Shown piece after piece: positions 1-8,852 of a stretch of DNA of 64,000 nt (the first letter of the stretch is position 1; each line of letters starts with the position of its first letter). The notes beneath the pieces are model-generated. The model worked only from the letters and a program-made list of their open reading frames with translations, was not told the origin of the DNA and did no database searches. The position numbers and the translations under genes are program-made. The DNA is from a virus, in the IMG/VR virus record IMGVR_UViG_3300020186_000396, positions 36,669-100,668 of that record, one strand, 5' to 3'.

Positions 1-1
1 A

Positions 2-355
2 AAGTATCCGCTCATAACCTTAAAACAAAAACAGTTCCAGTTAAAAAAGCATGGTAATCTAGGAACAGCCTGTACTGTTTTCCATAGAGAACTGCATGAT
101 AAGATTGGTTATTTTATAACTGAATTTGGTTTGTATGGCGAAGAAGACGCCGATTTCTTTTATAGGGCACGCATCGCTGGATTCAAGATGGGCTATCTTT
201 TAGAGATGGGCACGCATTTCGGTGAAGGTGCATTGGATGAGGGTACTTATCGTGCGTTTAAAAGTGAAAACCATCGTAAAAATTTACCCAAATTCAGATC
301 TAATTGTGCGGAATATTCAAGCGGGAAACGACCCATCTACATAAAATTCGGATGA
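2..355 (+). CDS. Glycosyltransferase family 2, C-terminal part (5' truncated)
   Basis: Frame is open from base 2: ...GTACTVFHRELHDKIGYF..FGLYGEEDADFFYRARIAG, the GT2 IGxF..GxEDxD signature. Confidence 0.65.
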   Translation, partial: KYPLITLKQKQFQLKKHGNLGTACTVFHRELHDKIGYFITEFGLYGEEDADFFYRARIAGFKMGYLLEMGTHFGEGALDEGTYRAFKSENHRKNLPKFRSNCAEYSSGKRPIYIKFG

Positions 356-359
356 CGAG

Positions 360-719
360 TTGCTTAGTTTACAATCACAACAAGCTTTTATGATCGCGCC
401 ACGTTTAACCCCATGGGAAAAGTACAGCGCTCGCGAATGGCGCCGAAGCGTCGTTACCGAATACGGTAACGTACCGCTCGTCCGTTGTTGGGGTCGCAAC
501 AAGCACGGTGTGGCCGAGTGGACCTGGGCAACGTTGACGCCTGGATTTCAGGCTATCCCTCCGGAATATTTCAAATCCAAAGTCTCCAAATTTTTGACGC
601 CGTATCATGTGAAAAACACCGTCTTCGTACGTAAATGTGATGCATTGATTCAAGCCGATGACCTCATGAGAGGTGCCGGGCTTTTGTTATTAAAAAATAA
701 ACACTTAGCATTCCTATGA
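360..719 (+). CDS. Hypothetical protein
   Basis: 119-aa ORF with ATGA overlap to the next gene; start uncertain. Confidence 0.5.
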   Translation: MLSLQSQQAFMIAPRLTPWEKYSAREWRRSVVTEYGNVPLVRCWGRNKHGVAEWTWATLTPGFQAIPPEYFKSKVSKFLTPYHVKNTVFVRKCDALIQADDLMRGAGLLLLKNKHLAFL

Positions 720-1168
720 AATTAACTTTGGACTTGGTACCATCTTCGTCTTGGTTTAATAATGTACGCGCAGTTGTAACTGTACAGCAGTGGGATACTT
801 TAAGACATAAAGTCTATTCAAAAGCTGCTAGTGTTTGTGAAATTTGCGGTGGTGTTGGTAGAAATCATCCAGTTGAATGCCATGAAATTTGGCATTACGA
901 TGACGTTAAATTAATCCAGCGTCTAACTGGTATGATTGCTTTATGTCCCAATTGTCACATGGTAAAACATTTCGGCCTTGCTCAGATTCAAAATCGGGAA
1001 GCCCAAGCACTTAGACATTTAATGCGTGTTAATAACATTACACGCACTGAAGCCGAAGCTCATATAAATGACGCCTTTCAAATTTGGCAAAACCGAAGTT
1101 CCAAATCTTGGACATTAGATATTCTTCATTTAGAAGAGTATGGAATTGATATTAAAACATTACGATGA
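716..1168 (+). CDS. HNH endonuclease-family protein
   Basis: CEICGG...ECHEIW...LCPNCHMVKH Zn-HNH pattern. Confidence 0.75.
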   Translation: MKLTLDLVPSSSWFNNVRAVVTVQQWDTLRHKVYSKAASVCEICGGVGRNHPVECHEIWHYDDVKLIQRLTGMIALCPNCHMVKHFGLAQIQNREAQALRHLMRVNNITRTEAEAHINDAFQIWQNRSSKSWTLDILHLEEYGIDIKTLR

Positions 1169-1180
1169 TATACTCTACGT

Positions 1181-1969
1181 ATGGCCATTCATACCTTAAA
1201 AGATAGAATCAACAGCTATCGCGATGCTTGCTCTCAGAAGCTTTTGCGTCGATTGCCTGTTGTCATCAACGTGAATGGTAGGGGTTTCCGCAGAGTTACG
1301 TCAATGATTGAGAAACCGTTCTCTGCCGATTTGGCAAACGTGATGTGCGCAACAGCTGTCAAACTCTGCCACGAGATTGATGGCGCTGTGTTTGCTTATA
1401 CGTTCAATGATGACATCACAATCATTACTAGAAACGATCAGTCTTATGAAACGCAACCGTGGTTTCAGAATGATGTACAAAAAATTGTATCGGCCGCGTC
1501 ATCTATTGCAACGCTTGAATTTAGCAATGCAGCCAAAGAAGTGGGTCTTGGCTCGCTTGCTGAAGCTATGTTCACCTCTCATGCGTTTACAGTTCCGTCG
1601 CTCACCGAGGCAATCAATGTGCTGATTGCCAAGCAACAGTTGGCGTCTCAATCGGCTCTTAACTTTTCTGTATTCTATGAGTTGACAGAAAAGTACGGTG
1701 ATGATGCGATTGAGATTTTGCAAAACAGAACGCCAGATGACAAAGAAGAACTTCTTGAAGAGTGTGGAAGAAGCTTCAGTGCATACCCGGCTCCATTCAG
1801 ACGAGGAGTGGCGTGTTATCGCTCACCTACTCTGGTAAACTCAAAAGATGGTGGCATTATCAAAAACAAATGGGTAATCGATCCTGATCTTCCGCTGTTT
1901 TCTAAAGACCAGGCCTTTCTTACAAATATATTTAAAACCGGCTCTGACATCATCAGAGCTGGACACTAA
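1181..1969 (+). CDS. tRNA(His) guanylyltransferase Thg1-like protein with degenerate active site
   Basis: INVNGRGFRRVT..EKPF..YTFNDDITII..WFQNDVQKIVS..FRRG follow the Thg1/TLP motif order. Confidence 0.85.
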   Translation: MAIHTLKDRINSYRDACSQKLLRRLPVVINVNGRGFRRVTSMIEKPFSADLANVMCATAVKLCHEIDGAVFAYTFNDDITIITRNDQSYETQPWFQNDVQKIVSAASSIATLEFSNAAKEVGLGSLAEAMFTSHAFTVPSLTEAINVLIAKQQLASQSALNFSVFYELTEKYGDDAIEILQNRTPDDKEELLEECGRSFSAYPAPFRRGVACYRSPTLVNSKDGGIIKNKWVIDPDLPLFSKDQAFLTNIFKTGSDIIRAGH

Positions 1970-2697
1970 GGCTTCTTCTTCATAAAAAAACTTAGCAGCA
2001 TCATGAGGAAGTTGTAAAGCTGACCCACCATTCCTTGCTGAATAGGTCCGTCATCTACCTCGCCAAGCTCGCGCGGTTCAAATTCTACGAAGGAATGAAC
2101 AATTGGCATGTCCAACGGGGCTTCGAATTCAACGTGGTCGTCAGTAAAGTTTTCGGCAGTTACATTAGCTAGTGCTTGTTCGAATAGTGTTACCTTCATA
2201 AAAGCATCTGAATATGCGGTCACGGCGCGCGTATAATCGGCTTCAGGGGCAGTGTAATACCCTTGTTGTCTCAGGAGCTTAGAGAATCCAGAAGGGCTTC
2301 CTGCCTCAACCTGGGCCCAAGCAATGGTGTACCGTTTGTTACGAAGTAAATTAAAATGGTGTTCAACGCCTAAGTCAAGGGTCGGGAAAGATCGAAACCA
2401 TGAACCTGGATTTTCTGATTTTAGCTCTACTCGCTTACCGTTGATAATCTCCCACACGCCATTGAGTGCGCAGTACTCGATGATTTGACCTGCAACATCT
2501 GCCGCCTTGGAATTACCTATGTTATTGTTCCAACAATAGGTTCCTTGACCAGTTTCAATTGACCATTGGGCAAAGATAATAGATATTTGTTTCTTGTTCG
2601 GGTAGGCGTCGTACGATTCCTTCCAAGCATGAATCATAGCTTCTACAAAATCTAGTTTAGTAAATGTTGATCTAACCGTAGGAACTCTTTTAAGCAT
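1966..2697 (-). CDS. Glucosaminidase (GH73-like) cell-wall hydrolase, probable endolysin
   Basis: AQWSIETG..NNNIGNSK..FRSF..RY..GYYTAPE motifs and a hydrophobic C-terminus. Start taken at ATG 2697 (MLKRVP) to avoid overlap with the divergent gene. Confidence 0.65.
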   Translation of the reverse strand: MLKRVPTVRSTFTKLDFVEAMIHAWKESYDAYPNKKQISIIFAQWSIETGQGTYCWNNNIGNSKAADVAGQIIEYCALNGVWEIINGKRVELKSENPGSWFRSFPTLDLGVEHHFNLLRNKRYTIAWAQVEAGSPSGFSKLLRQQGYYTAPEADYTRAVTAYSDAFMKVTLFEQALANVTAENFTDDHVEFEAPLDMPIVHSFVEFEPRELGEVDDGPIQQGMVGQLYNFLMMLLSFFMKKKP

Positions 2698-2721
2698 ATC
2701 AATGGTGATATAACAAAGACG

Positions 2722-3327
2722 ATGGAAGAGAAAAGCATAATAAGAATTGAAGACCAGATTCAGTTTGCGTTTGAAAATTTCGGTGATTTCCCGCCTGAAC
2801 AACAAAAAAAACTAATAGAAATTGTTCAAACTAAATTCAAAGTGGAGCAAATGAGCTGGCAGCTACGCGAGCCCGTGTTCTACGGTTTTGTTGCTTACTC
2901 TCTTCCGGTTGAGAACTACCCAATCAGGACAATGGTTACTTCTTTGCTTTCTGAAGATCTATTTGGAAGACATTTAAAAGAGAACATTAACGAAGCAAAA
3001 ATAGCTTTATTGCAAAACTTTACTACGCTTATGAAATTCTATACCGGTGCTTCTGATATGAAATGGCAAAAGAATTTTGCCTTTCTTGATACAAGATTAG
3101 GCAACGCGTTAATCAACGCGCATTTAACTGATATCAAAAAAGAGTTACAAAACAGATATTGTTCTGATTATCGCCTTGATGGCTCAATCAGGCAGGTACT
3201 AGACCTATACCATGTTACAGGTTTAAAACTTGGAGATTTGGTTTTAACATTCAAATCCAGACCTAAACAGTTGGAACTTATTACAAAAGTTGTGCCAGAG
3301 GCTGCTAAATACGTCACCATGATCTAG
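2722..3327 (+). CDS. Hypothetical protein
   Basis: 201-aa ORF preceded by a GATATAA motif. Confidence 0.6.
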   Translation: MEEKSIIRIEDQIQFAFENFGDFPPEQQKKLIEIVQTKFKVEQMSWQLREPVFYGFVAYSLPVENYPIRTMVTSLLSEDLFGRHLKENINEAKIALLQNFTTLMKFYTGASDMKWQKNFAFLDTRLGNALINAHLTDIKKELQNRYCSDYRLDGSIRQVLDLYHVTGLKLGDLVLTFKSRPKQLELITKVVPEAAKYVTMI

Positions 3328-3368
3328 TTGCCGATGGTGCTAAGAAGCTATACAGTACAGTAACACAT

Positions 3369-3442
3369 GCGCTCGTAGCCTAATGGATAAGGCCCCAAAC
3401 TTCTAATTTGGTTTTTTGCAGGTTCGAGCCCTGCCGAGCGCG
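3369..3442 (+). tRNA. tRNA-Arg(UCU), CCA not encoded
   Basis: Cloverleaf: GCGCTCG/CGAGCGC acceptor, GCCT-AATGGATA-AGGC D arm, CCAAA-CTTCTAA-TTTGG anticodon arm, GCAGG-TTCGAGC-CCTGC T arm; followed by CTA. Confidence 0.92.
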
Positions 3443-3494
3443 CTATATCGATACGATTTCGGACGGTTAAAAGCGAGCGGTTATATACCGCTTT

Positions 3495-4058
3495 ATGAAG
3501 ATTCGCAATTTACTTCCGTTTTTATTTCCACTCGTTCTCCTGTCTTCCGGATGCTCTCCGTCGAAGGTAGTCACCCCGCCAGTTGCGGCCCCGATACCGG
3601 CAGCAAGTCCGGTTAAACCTGCATTTGTTCCACCAACTGGCTGGAAAACTGTTAGCGGTAAAGGTTTTGCTTTTGCTGTTCCAAAAACAGTTAGCGAGGT
3701 CAAAGGCGCACCAGGCGAAGAGTTTGCTAAGTTTGCTGCCAAATCTGAGGATAATAATTTTCTATTGGGATTTGATTACAAAGATAATATCAAAACAGTT
3801 AATCGAATGTCAAAGCAGATTATGGAATCTTTAGCTGATATCGATGCTGAGGTTCAACAAATCAAACAGGTAGAGGTGGACGAATATGATGGAGCAGTGT
3901 TTCTAGCCGTGCACGGCAACCATGTGTTTATGGTATATGTTTTTGTTAAAGATCAAATAGGGTATCAAATTTCATGCGGCACTCCGGATAAATCTGAAGC
4001 TCAGAAAATGGTCGATGCCTGTGAGGCCATCGTCGATACTTTCAAATTTACTAAATGA
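3495..4058 (+). CDS. Lipoprotein (possible PsbP-like fold)
   Basis: Signal peptide with lipobox LSSGC, Pro-rich linker, PxGW motif, C-terminal IVDTFKF. Confidence 0.6.
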   Translation: MKIRNLLPFLFPLVLLSSGCSPSKVVTPPVAAPIPAASPVKPAFVPPTGWKTVSGKGFAFAVPKTVSEVKGAPGEEFAKFAAKSEDNNFLLGFDYKDNIKTVNRMSKQIMESLADIDAEVQQIKQVEVDEYDGAVFLAVHGNHVFMVYVFVKDQIGYQISCGTPDKSEAQKMVDACEAIVDTFKFTK

Positions 4059-4789
4059 AAATTCGGCAAGGTATTTTACTAGCGGCAGGAACAGGTTCAC
4101 GCCTGCACCCATTAACGCTAACAATGAACAAACATATGATTCCGGTCTACGACCGTCATATGATAGAGTACCCTATCGAAACGCTTCGTCAGCTTGGTTG
4201 TGAGACAGTCACGATCGTTATAGGCGGGGACCAAATAGGATTTGGTCAAATCGTATCCTTCCTAAAGGATGGCGAACAATTTGGAATGAAATTCAATTAT
4301 GTTTATCAGATGAAGCCTTCTGGTATTGCTCAGGCCATTAATCTTTGCGAGGACTACATTAAAGATGATAAGTTCGCAGTCATTCTTGGCGACAACATAT
4401 ATGAAAAGAAAATCAACTTCACCAATCCTAAGCCTGGCGCTCAGATCGTTTTGTGTCAGCACCCAGAGATCAATCGCTTTGGAGTCGCTTCTATTTTAAA
4501 CGGCTCGATCGTTAACATTGTGGAAAAGCCACAAATTATTGATGAAACGTTAGATAATTTTGCAATCACTGGCCTTTACATATTTGATCAAAACTACTTT
4601 TCTTTTTATCCTCAGTTGAAACCATCATCTAGAGGTGAATATGAAATAACGGACATGATGAAAATTTACCATCGAGACAAAGACCTTTACTATACAATAA
4701 GTAATGGGTGGTGGTCTGATACCGGTACATTTGAATCTATACAGTCAGTTAGCAATAGAATCAGAGAAAAAATCATTTTAGCCAAATGA
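4055..4789 (+). CDS. rmlA: Glucose-1-phosphate thymidylyltransferase
   Basis: GILLAAGTGSRLHPLT, ILGDNI, VEKP, RGEYEITD, WSDTGT. Confidence 0.9.
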   Translation: MKIRQGILLAAGTGSRLHPLTLTMNKHMIPVYDRHMIEYPIETLRQLGCETVTIVIGGDQIGFGQIVSFLKDGEQFGMKFNYVYQMKPSGIAQAINLCEDYIKDDKFAVILGDNIYEKKINFTNPKPGAQIVLCQHPEINRFGVASILNGSIVNIVEKPQIIDETLDNFAITGLYIFDQNYFSFYPQLKPSSRGEYEITDMMKIYHRDKDLYYTISNGWWSDTGTFESIQSVSNRIREKIILAK

Positions 4790-4816
4790 TTTGAACTGGA
4801 TCGATATACGATATGT

Positions 4817-5692
4817 ATGCGAACAGTTGTCATAGGAAAAGGTTTCATTGAGTCTCATATAAGTGCATCTGACTTTGGGCAGCGGCCGGGGTACAAAGCT
4901 TGCGACTATAGATTCGAGCCCTCTAAAGAGAGCATCGAACGCTTCATAGATAAAGCCAAGCCTGACGTAGTCATCAACTGTTTAGGTAAAACAGGACGAC
5001 CTAACGTCGACTGGTGTGAGACTCATAAGGATGATACGATGATCGCGAATGTGACGATCCCGACGCTTTTAGCTGAGGTCACGCATCGTCACGGAATACA
5101 GCTCGTCCATATCGGTTCGGGTTGTATTTTTTACGGACTGTCTCCTAACGCAGGAGACCCAATGGACCGAGACTTTAGAGGCGATCCTGGCTGGAAAGAA
5201 ACTGATTTTGCAAATTCTAAATCTTATTATTCGAAATCAAAATATTCGTGTGATTTAGCAATCTCGGATTTTGATAACGTTTGCATTTTGCGCATCAGGA
5301 TGCCAGTCTCTGCTAGTTTCGTACCACGCAATTATATCACTAAAATATTAGGGTACTCCTCTATTATTGGAGCTTCAAACTCCGTTACATTTATGGATGA
5401 TTTCGTCAAAGCTGCGGCGTGGACGATTGACAAGTCGAAACGAGGGGTTTACCATGTTACCAACCCAGATCCCGTTACTCCGATGGATTTCCTGTCGGAA
5501 TACCAGAAGTACGTACCTGGGCACACATATAGCGTGATTAATGAGAAGCAGCTCGATGCGCTCACTATAGCCCCAAGGTCTAATTGTATAATTGATAGCT
5601 CAAAAATCATCGGTGAAGGTTTACGACTATCATCCTCAAAAGATCTAATTGAGGATTACATGAAACGTTTCGTTACATCAATGGAGCATTAA
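4817..5692 (+). CDS. NDP-4-keto-6-deoxyglucose epimerase/reductase (RmlD / NRS-ER-like)
   Basis: GKGFI Rossmann start, GKTGRPNVDWCE, SGCIF, YSKSK (YxxxK), LRIRMP. Confidence 0.8.
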   Translation: MRTVVIGKGFIESHISASDFGQRPGYKACDYRFEPSKESIERFIDKAKPDVVINCLGKTGRPNVDWCETHKDDTMIANVTIPTLLAEVTHRHGIQLVHIGSGCIFYGLSPNAGDPMDRDFRGDPGWKETDFANSKSYYSKSKYSCDLAISDFDNVCILRIRMPVSASFVPRNYITKILGYSSIIGASNSVTFMDDFVKAAAWTIDKSKRGVYHVTNPDPVTPMDFLSEYQKYVPGHTYSVINEKQLDALTIAPRSNCIIDSSKIIGEGLRLSSSKDLIEDYMKRFVTSMEH

Positions 5693-5971
5693 ATGGCTAG
5701 CGAAAAGCTCTCTATACCTCTTACTGCAACGCAGGACCGCAATGGTAAAAAGTATTACATGGGACGCGTTCAATTTCCGGGGACACTGAATCTCCGACGT
5801 GGTGCCGTGTTCTGGGTGTTCACCAGTGAGTCAGGTCAGGAAGAAATCCAGATCGGTGTCATGGACAAGAAGAAGGACAAAGAGCGTCAAGCCAAACGCT
5901 TAGAGAGAGAAGCTGTCTCGGGTGAATCTGCGCCAGATGTCTCTAGACGTGGTAACCAAGGTAATTACTAA
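5693..5971 (+). CDS. Hypothetical protein
   Basis: 92-aa ORF in a tight operon. Confidence 0.6.
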   Translation: MASEKLSIPLTATQDRNGKKYYMGRVQFPGTLNLRRGAVFWVFTSESGQEEIQIGVMDKKKDKERQAKRLEREAVSGESAPDVSRRGNQGNY

Positions 5972-6294
5972 TGAAACATTTCGAAAACTTATGGGATGAC
6001 GCCGAAAAAATAAAAGGTCCGTCTGATCGAGATGAAATTTCGGCTAAAATCAAAAAGTTACTTGATACTTACACTGGTATACATAGAAGCGGTGGAGGTA
6101 CTCATATCGGCTACCCTGTTGGCTTCACAGAAGCTGCTAAACAGAAAGCAATGGGCGACATATTGTTTCTGCTTGCAAACCTATCTGCAATGGACACGAT
6201 AGACGTCTACAAAGCCTTATCAGAGGCAATTGAACGCGCCGATATTAGATCTCTAGGTGTTCCTGATGAAAAACATAAAAGTATTGATTCTTAG
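5971..6294 (+). CDS. MazG-like helical protein, degenerate
   Basis: AMGDILFLLANLSAMDTIDVYKAL resembles the MazG ExGDxLF..ID..AL helix, but the acidic ligands are missing. Confidence 0.5.
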   Translation: MKHFENLWDDAEKIKGPSDRDEISAKIKKLLDTYTGIHRSGGGTHIGYPVGFTEAAKQKAMGDILFLLANLSAMDTIDVYKALSEAIERADIRSLGVPDEKHKSIDS

Positions 6295-6958
6295 CGCTAT
6301 TTATTCTGCTGTCATGACTTTTGGCCACGAGGCCATCGCAAACCCACCAATTGCGTTACCGCTGGCTTCCGAGAAGCTAGGTAAACCTATTCAGCTGTCA
6401 GGGTGCCCTGGTTTGCGCGTTGTGGAGTGGCGAGCCAGTCAAGAGTGGTCGTACACGTCGCAGAGTGACGATGGCGTAAAGGTTATGGAGAAAGCGTGCC
6501 AAACCACATTGGTGCGCTATCCAGAATTTCTGCGTTCTAAAAAATTAGAATTCAAACAGGAATCATTCTCTGTCGATATGGCTCTTATTCCAGCCAACAC
6601 TATTGGTGATGGTAAAGAGTCACGAAACATGAATGACGTTAACGGTCGATTTCAAATCGTACAGCCTAATTGCTGTTCGTGGGGAATTTATGATTCCCAA
6701 TTATCGTTCCTATTTCTTCGTAATGACCCCATCTCAATTCATGGTGGGAAGAGCGTTACGAACAAGTATTTCGTCAGAACGTTCTTTCACGAGTTGGGGC
6801 ACGTGCTGAATCACAAGTGGCACGTCAAAGAACGTTATTTTCCTAACAATCCGTCAGAGGACGAGAAGCTCGTTGAAGAGTGGGTTTCGTACCTTGGGAT
6901 TACGTTCGCCACCGAATCTTCATCTGAAGATTGGATGATGAAAAAACGTAGCCAATGA
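6266..6958 (+). CDS. Secreted zinc metallopeptidase-like protein
   Basis: N-terminal signal peptide; FFHELGHVLNH (HExxH) plus downstream Glu residues. Confidence 0.55.
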   Translation: MKNIKVLILSAIYSAVMTFGHEAIANPPIALPLASEKLGKPIQLSGCPGLRVVEWRASQEWSYTSQSDDGVKVMEKACQTTLVRYPEFLRSKKLEFKQESFSVDMALIPANTIGDGKESRNMNDVNGRFQIVQPNCCSWGIYDSQLSFLFLRNDPISIHGGKSVTNKYFVRTFFHELGHVLNHKWHVKERYFPNNPSEDEKLVEEWVSYLGITFATESSSEDWMMKKRSQ

Positions 6959-7107
6959 AACATTACGCTAAACGGAATCGGCACATTTGTTATAACATGC
7001 GTTACAACAGTTACACGGCTTGGGTCGCTTATCAAACGGCGGAAGAACACCAGCCAGTGGGCACTTATGTTGGTTTGTACCGCTGCTTCCGCAGCGGCAA
7101 ACATTAG
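6955..7107 (+). CDS. Small hypothetical protein (50 aa)
   Basis: ATGA-coupled ORF MKHYAKRNRH...GKH, below the ORF-track cutoff. Confidence 0.3.
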   Translation: MKHYAKRNRHICYNMRYNSYTAWVAYQTAEEHQPVGTYVGLYRCFRSGKH

Positions 7108-7126
7108 CTACATCGAGTAGCTTTTT
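7106..7126 (+). terminator. Possible intrinsic terminator
   Basis: AGCTAC-atcga-GTAGCT followed by a T run. Confidence 0.4.
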
Positions 7127-7134
7127 GGTTTTAT

Positions 7135-7326
7135 TTTTCTCCAAAAAGAATACCCCTCCCCTTACGAGATAGAGTTTATAATTGCGATGCCTGCGGCATC
7201 GCCATCGATAGAGATATTAATGCAGCAATAAATGTTAGAAGGCTCGGTACGAGCCTTGCGATATCCGGAGAAATAAATTCGCCGGATACTTTCAGAAGCC
7301 TCGCCCTTTAGGGCGAGGTAGTTCAC
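7135..7326 (+). mobile_element. IS200/IS605-family deletion derivative, copy A, with 3' tnpB remnant (7159-7311)
   Basis: TTAT, then a left-end sequence fused to PLRDRVYNCDACGIAIDRDINAAINVRRLGTSLA..* (TnpB Zn finger and RuvC-III), then right-end hairpin CCTCGCCC-TTTA-GGGCGAGG-TAGTTCAC. Confidence 0.85.
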
Positions 7327-7775
7327 TTTTCTTCATGCAACGTTCGTTTTAGATGGTAACAGGCGCTTTCGCGATTGTTTGCGATGCCCATGATCATATC
7401 ATCCAGACCGTCTGTCATTTCTTTTTCATGTTCTTCTTTGAGAATACTGAAGAAATTTTTAGAATACGCCAAGAATTTTTCTTCTAAAGCTAGCGATTTG
7501 GAAACGATATTATCGTCATCATCCATTGAGGTAAGTACCTGATATTGTAATTCTATTTGTGCTTTCGTATCAAGGCACTCATCTCCGAATAGGCTTACGA
7601 ACTTTTCTGACGCTTCATCTGCATCGTGTTCAGCTGATTTGTACAGCTTCTCAAACATTAAATGTAGTGCGTAGAAATTTGGGCCTGATGCAATCCAATG
7701 ATGCTGCTGATGTAAAAAATACAACGCCCTGAGATACGAAACATAAATACCAATAGATTTATTGAGTTTTTCCAT
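7323..7775 (-). CDS. dps: Dps / ferritin-like protein
   Basis: HHWIASGPNFYALHLMFEKLY..DEASEK ferroxidase-centre signature. Confidence 0.8.
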   Translation of the reverse strand: MEKLNKSIGIYVSYLRALYFLHQQHHWIASGPNFYALHLMFEKLYKSAEHDADEASEKFVSLFGDECLDTKAQIELQYQVLTSMDDDDNIVSKSLALEEKFLAYSKNFFSILKEEHEKEMTDGLDDMIMGIANNRESACYHLKRTLHEEK

Positions 7776-8401
7776 TATAGCTCGCCATTCAAAAATTCTT
7801 CTACACCGCGCTCATTTACATTCAGTATTATTGGCTTGTCTTGATGCCCAACCAGACAGCAATGTTGATTGTATTTAATCGTGTCGGAGTAATTTTCTGA
7901 GCTGATTACGAATCCGAATCTGCCGTTGTACTCCGCTGCCCAGTTTATATCATCTCGTTCGTGAGCTAGCGTAATTTCAGTTTTTTGTTTTTCCCAATTT
8001 TTAATGGTGGGTAAAACCGCTCCACCAACGATTGTGTATTTGGTCATCGCAGAAAATGTAACGGTTGCTGAAATGTATTTTTCTTTCAGCCATTGAATCG
8101 TTTCAAATGCTTCTGGATTGAAACCACAAGCATCGGCGTACATCAAATCTTTGTACGAATACACATACACATATTTTTCGGAAAGCGTTCTAGCTAATGC
8201 AGTTTTCAACTGCATATCAGCGGTGCTTCCGGTTCTGGCCATCCCGCCGAGTAATATGCAAAGATCATGCTCTTTGGTGTTTTCTAACACATAATCCGGA
8301 TCGTTAAAGAATCCGGTTACAACTGACATCTTTCCATTAAGCTTATTGACATCGAATGACTTCATAAAGCATTGATGCTTTAAATATTCATCTATCGACA
8401 C
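7775..8401 (-). CDS. Calcineurin-like metallophosphoesterase homologue lacking metal ligands
   Basis: Motif order ILLGGMARTG / VYSYKD / WL / IVGGAVLP / WAAEYNGRFGFVISS parallels FLGDxxDRG / GNHD / VHAG / W..Y.G...VVxGH. Confidence 0.45.
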   Translation of the reverse strand: MSIDEYLKHQCFMKSFDVNKLNGKMSVVTGFFNDPDYVLENTKEHDLCILLGGMARTGSTADMQLKTALARTLSEKYVYVYSYKDLMYADACGFNPEAFETIQWLKEKYISATVTFSAMTKYTIVGGAVLPTIKNWEKQKTEITLAHERDDINWAAEYNGRFGFVISSENYSDTIKYNQHCCLVGHQDKPIILNVNERGVEEFLNGEL

Positions 8402-8579
8402 CGACGATGTCTGAGGTTTTTTCCTAAAAGCTTTAGGTCCAAACCCGGCGTCCGGTAGCCTAGTAGGCCTGTTGAGATTTTGCAGGGCCGTTTACGGCGG
8501 ATTAAAGCGGTGTTTCAAACAAGACCATCACGTAGCCCGTTGGTTTCTAAATGCAATGAACCGACGATGTTATTGTGAA

Positions 8580-8790
8580 AGTCGAGATCGACATCAGGAT
8601 CGATTCGGTTTACAACACTCGACATTTATCCTGAAAACCTATAGGAAAGATATACAGGAGAGAGATCTCTCTGATATAAGAGATCTCTGAGATCCTCTCT
8701 CTGTACCTCTCTCGCTTTCTCTTTCGTACCTCAGAGAAAGCTCCGCGATTTCGCCCCGCCCTGTCGGGGTTTTCTTTTTGGCGTTTAATG
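8580..8790. other. Non-coding GATC- and GA/CT-rich region between divergent gene blocks; candidate replication origin or control region
   Basis: Palindrome AGAGATCTCT at 8661 and 8679, CT-rich tract, clustered GATC, and a terminator-like hairpin at 8753-8779. Confidence 0.4.
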
Positions 8791-8852
8791 CCTTTCAACC
8801 ATTTTGTCGAGATCGTCACCGACAACACATAAAATCTTTTCGAGAGCTAACT

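Noticed and set aside
3416-3616. 66-aa ORF
   Set aside because: It starts inside the tRNA and overlaps the lipoprotein gene.
8472-8828. Short ORFs in the GATC-rich region
   Set aside because: Low-complexity translations with no SD or recognisable motif; treated as non-coding.
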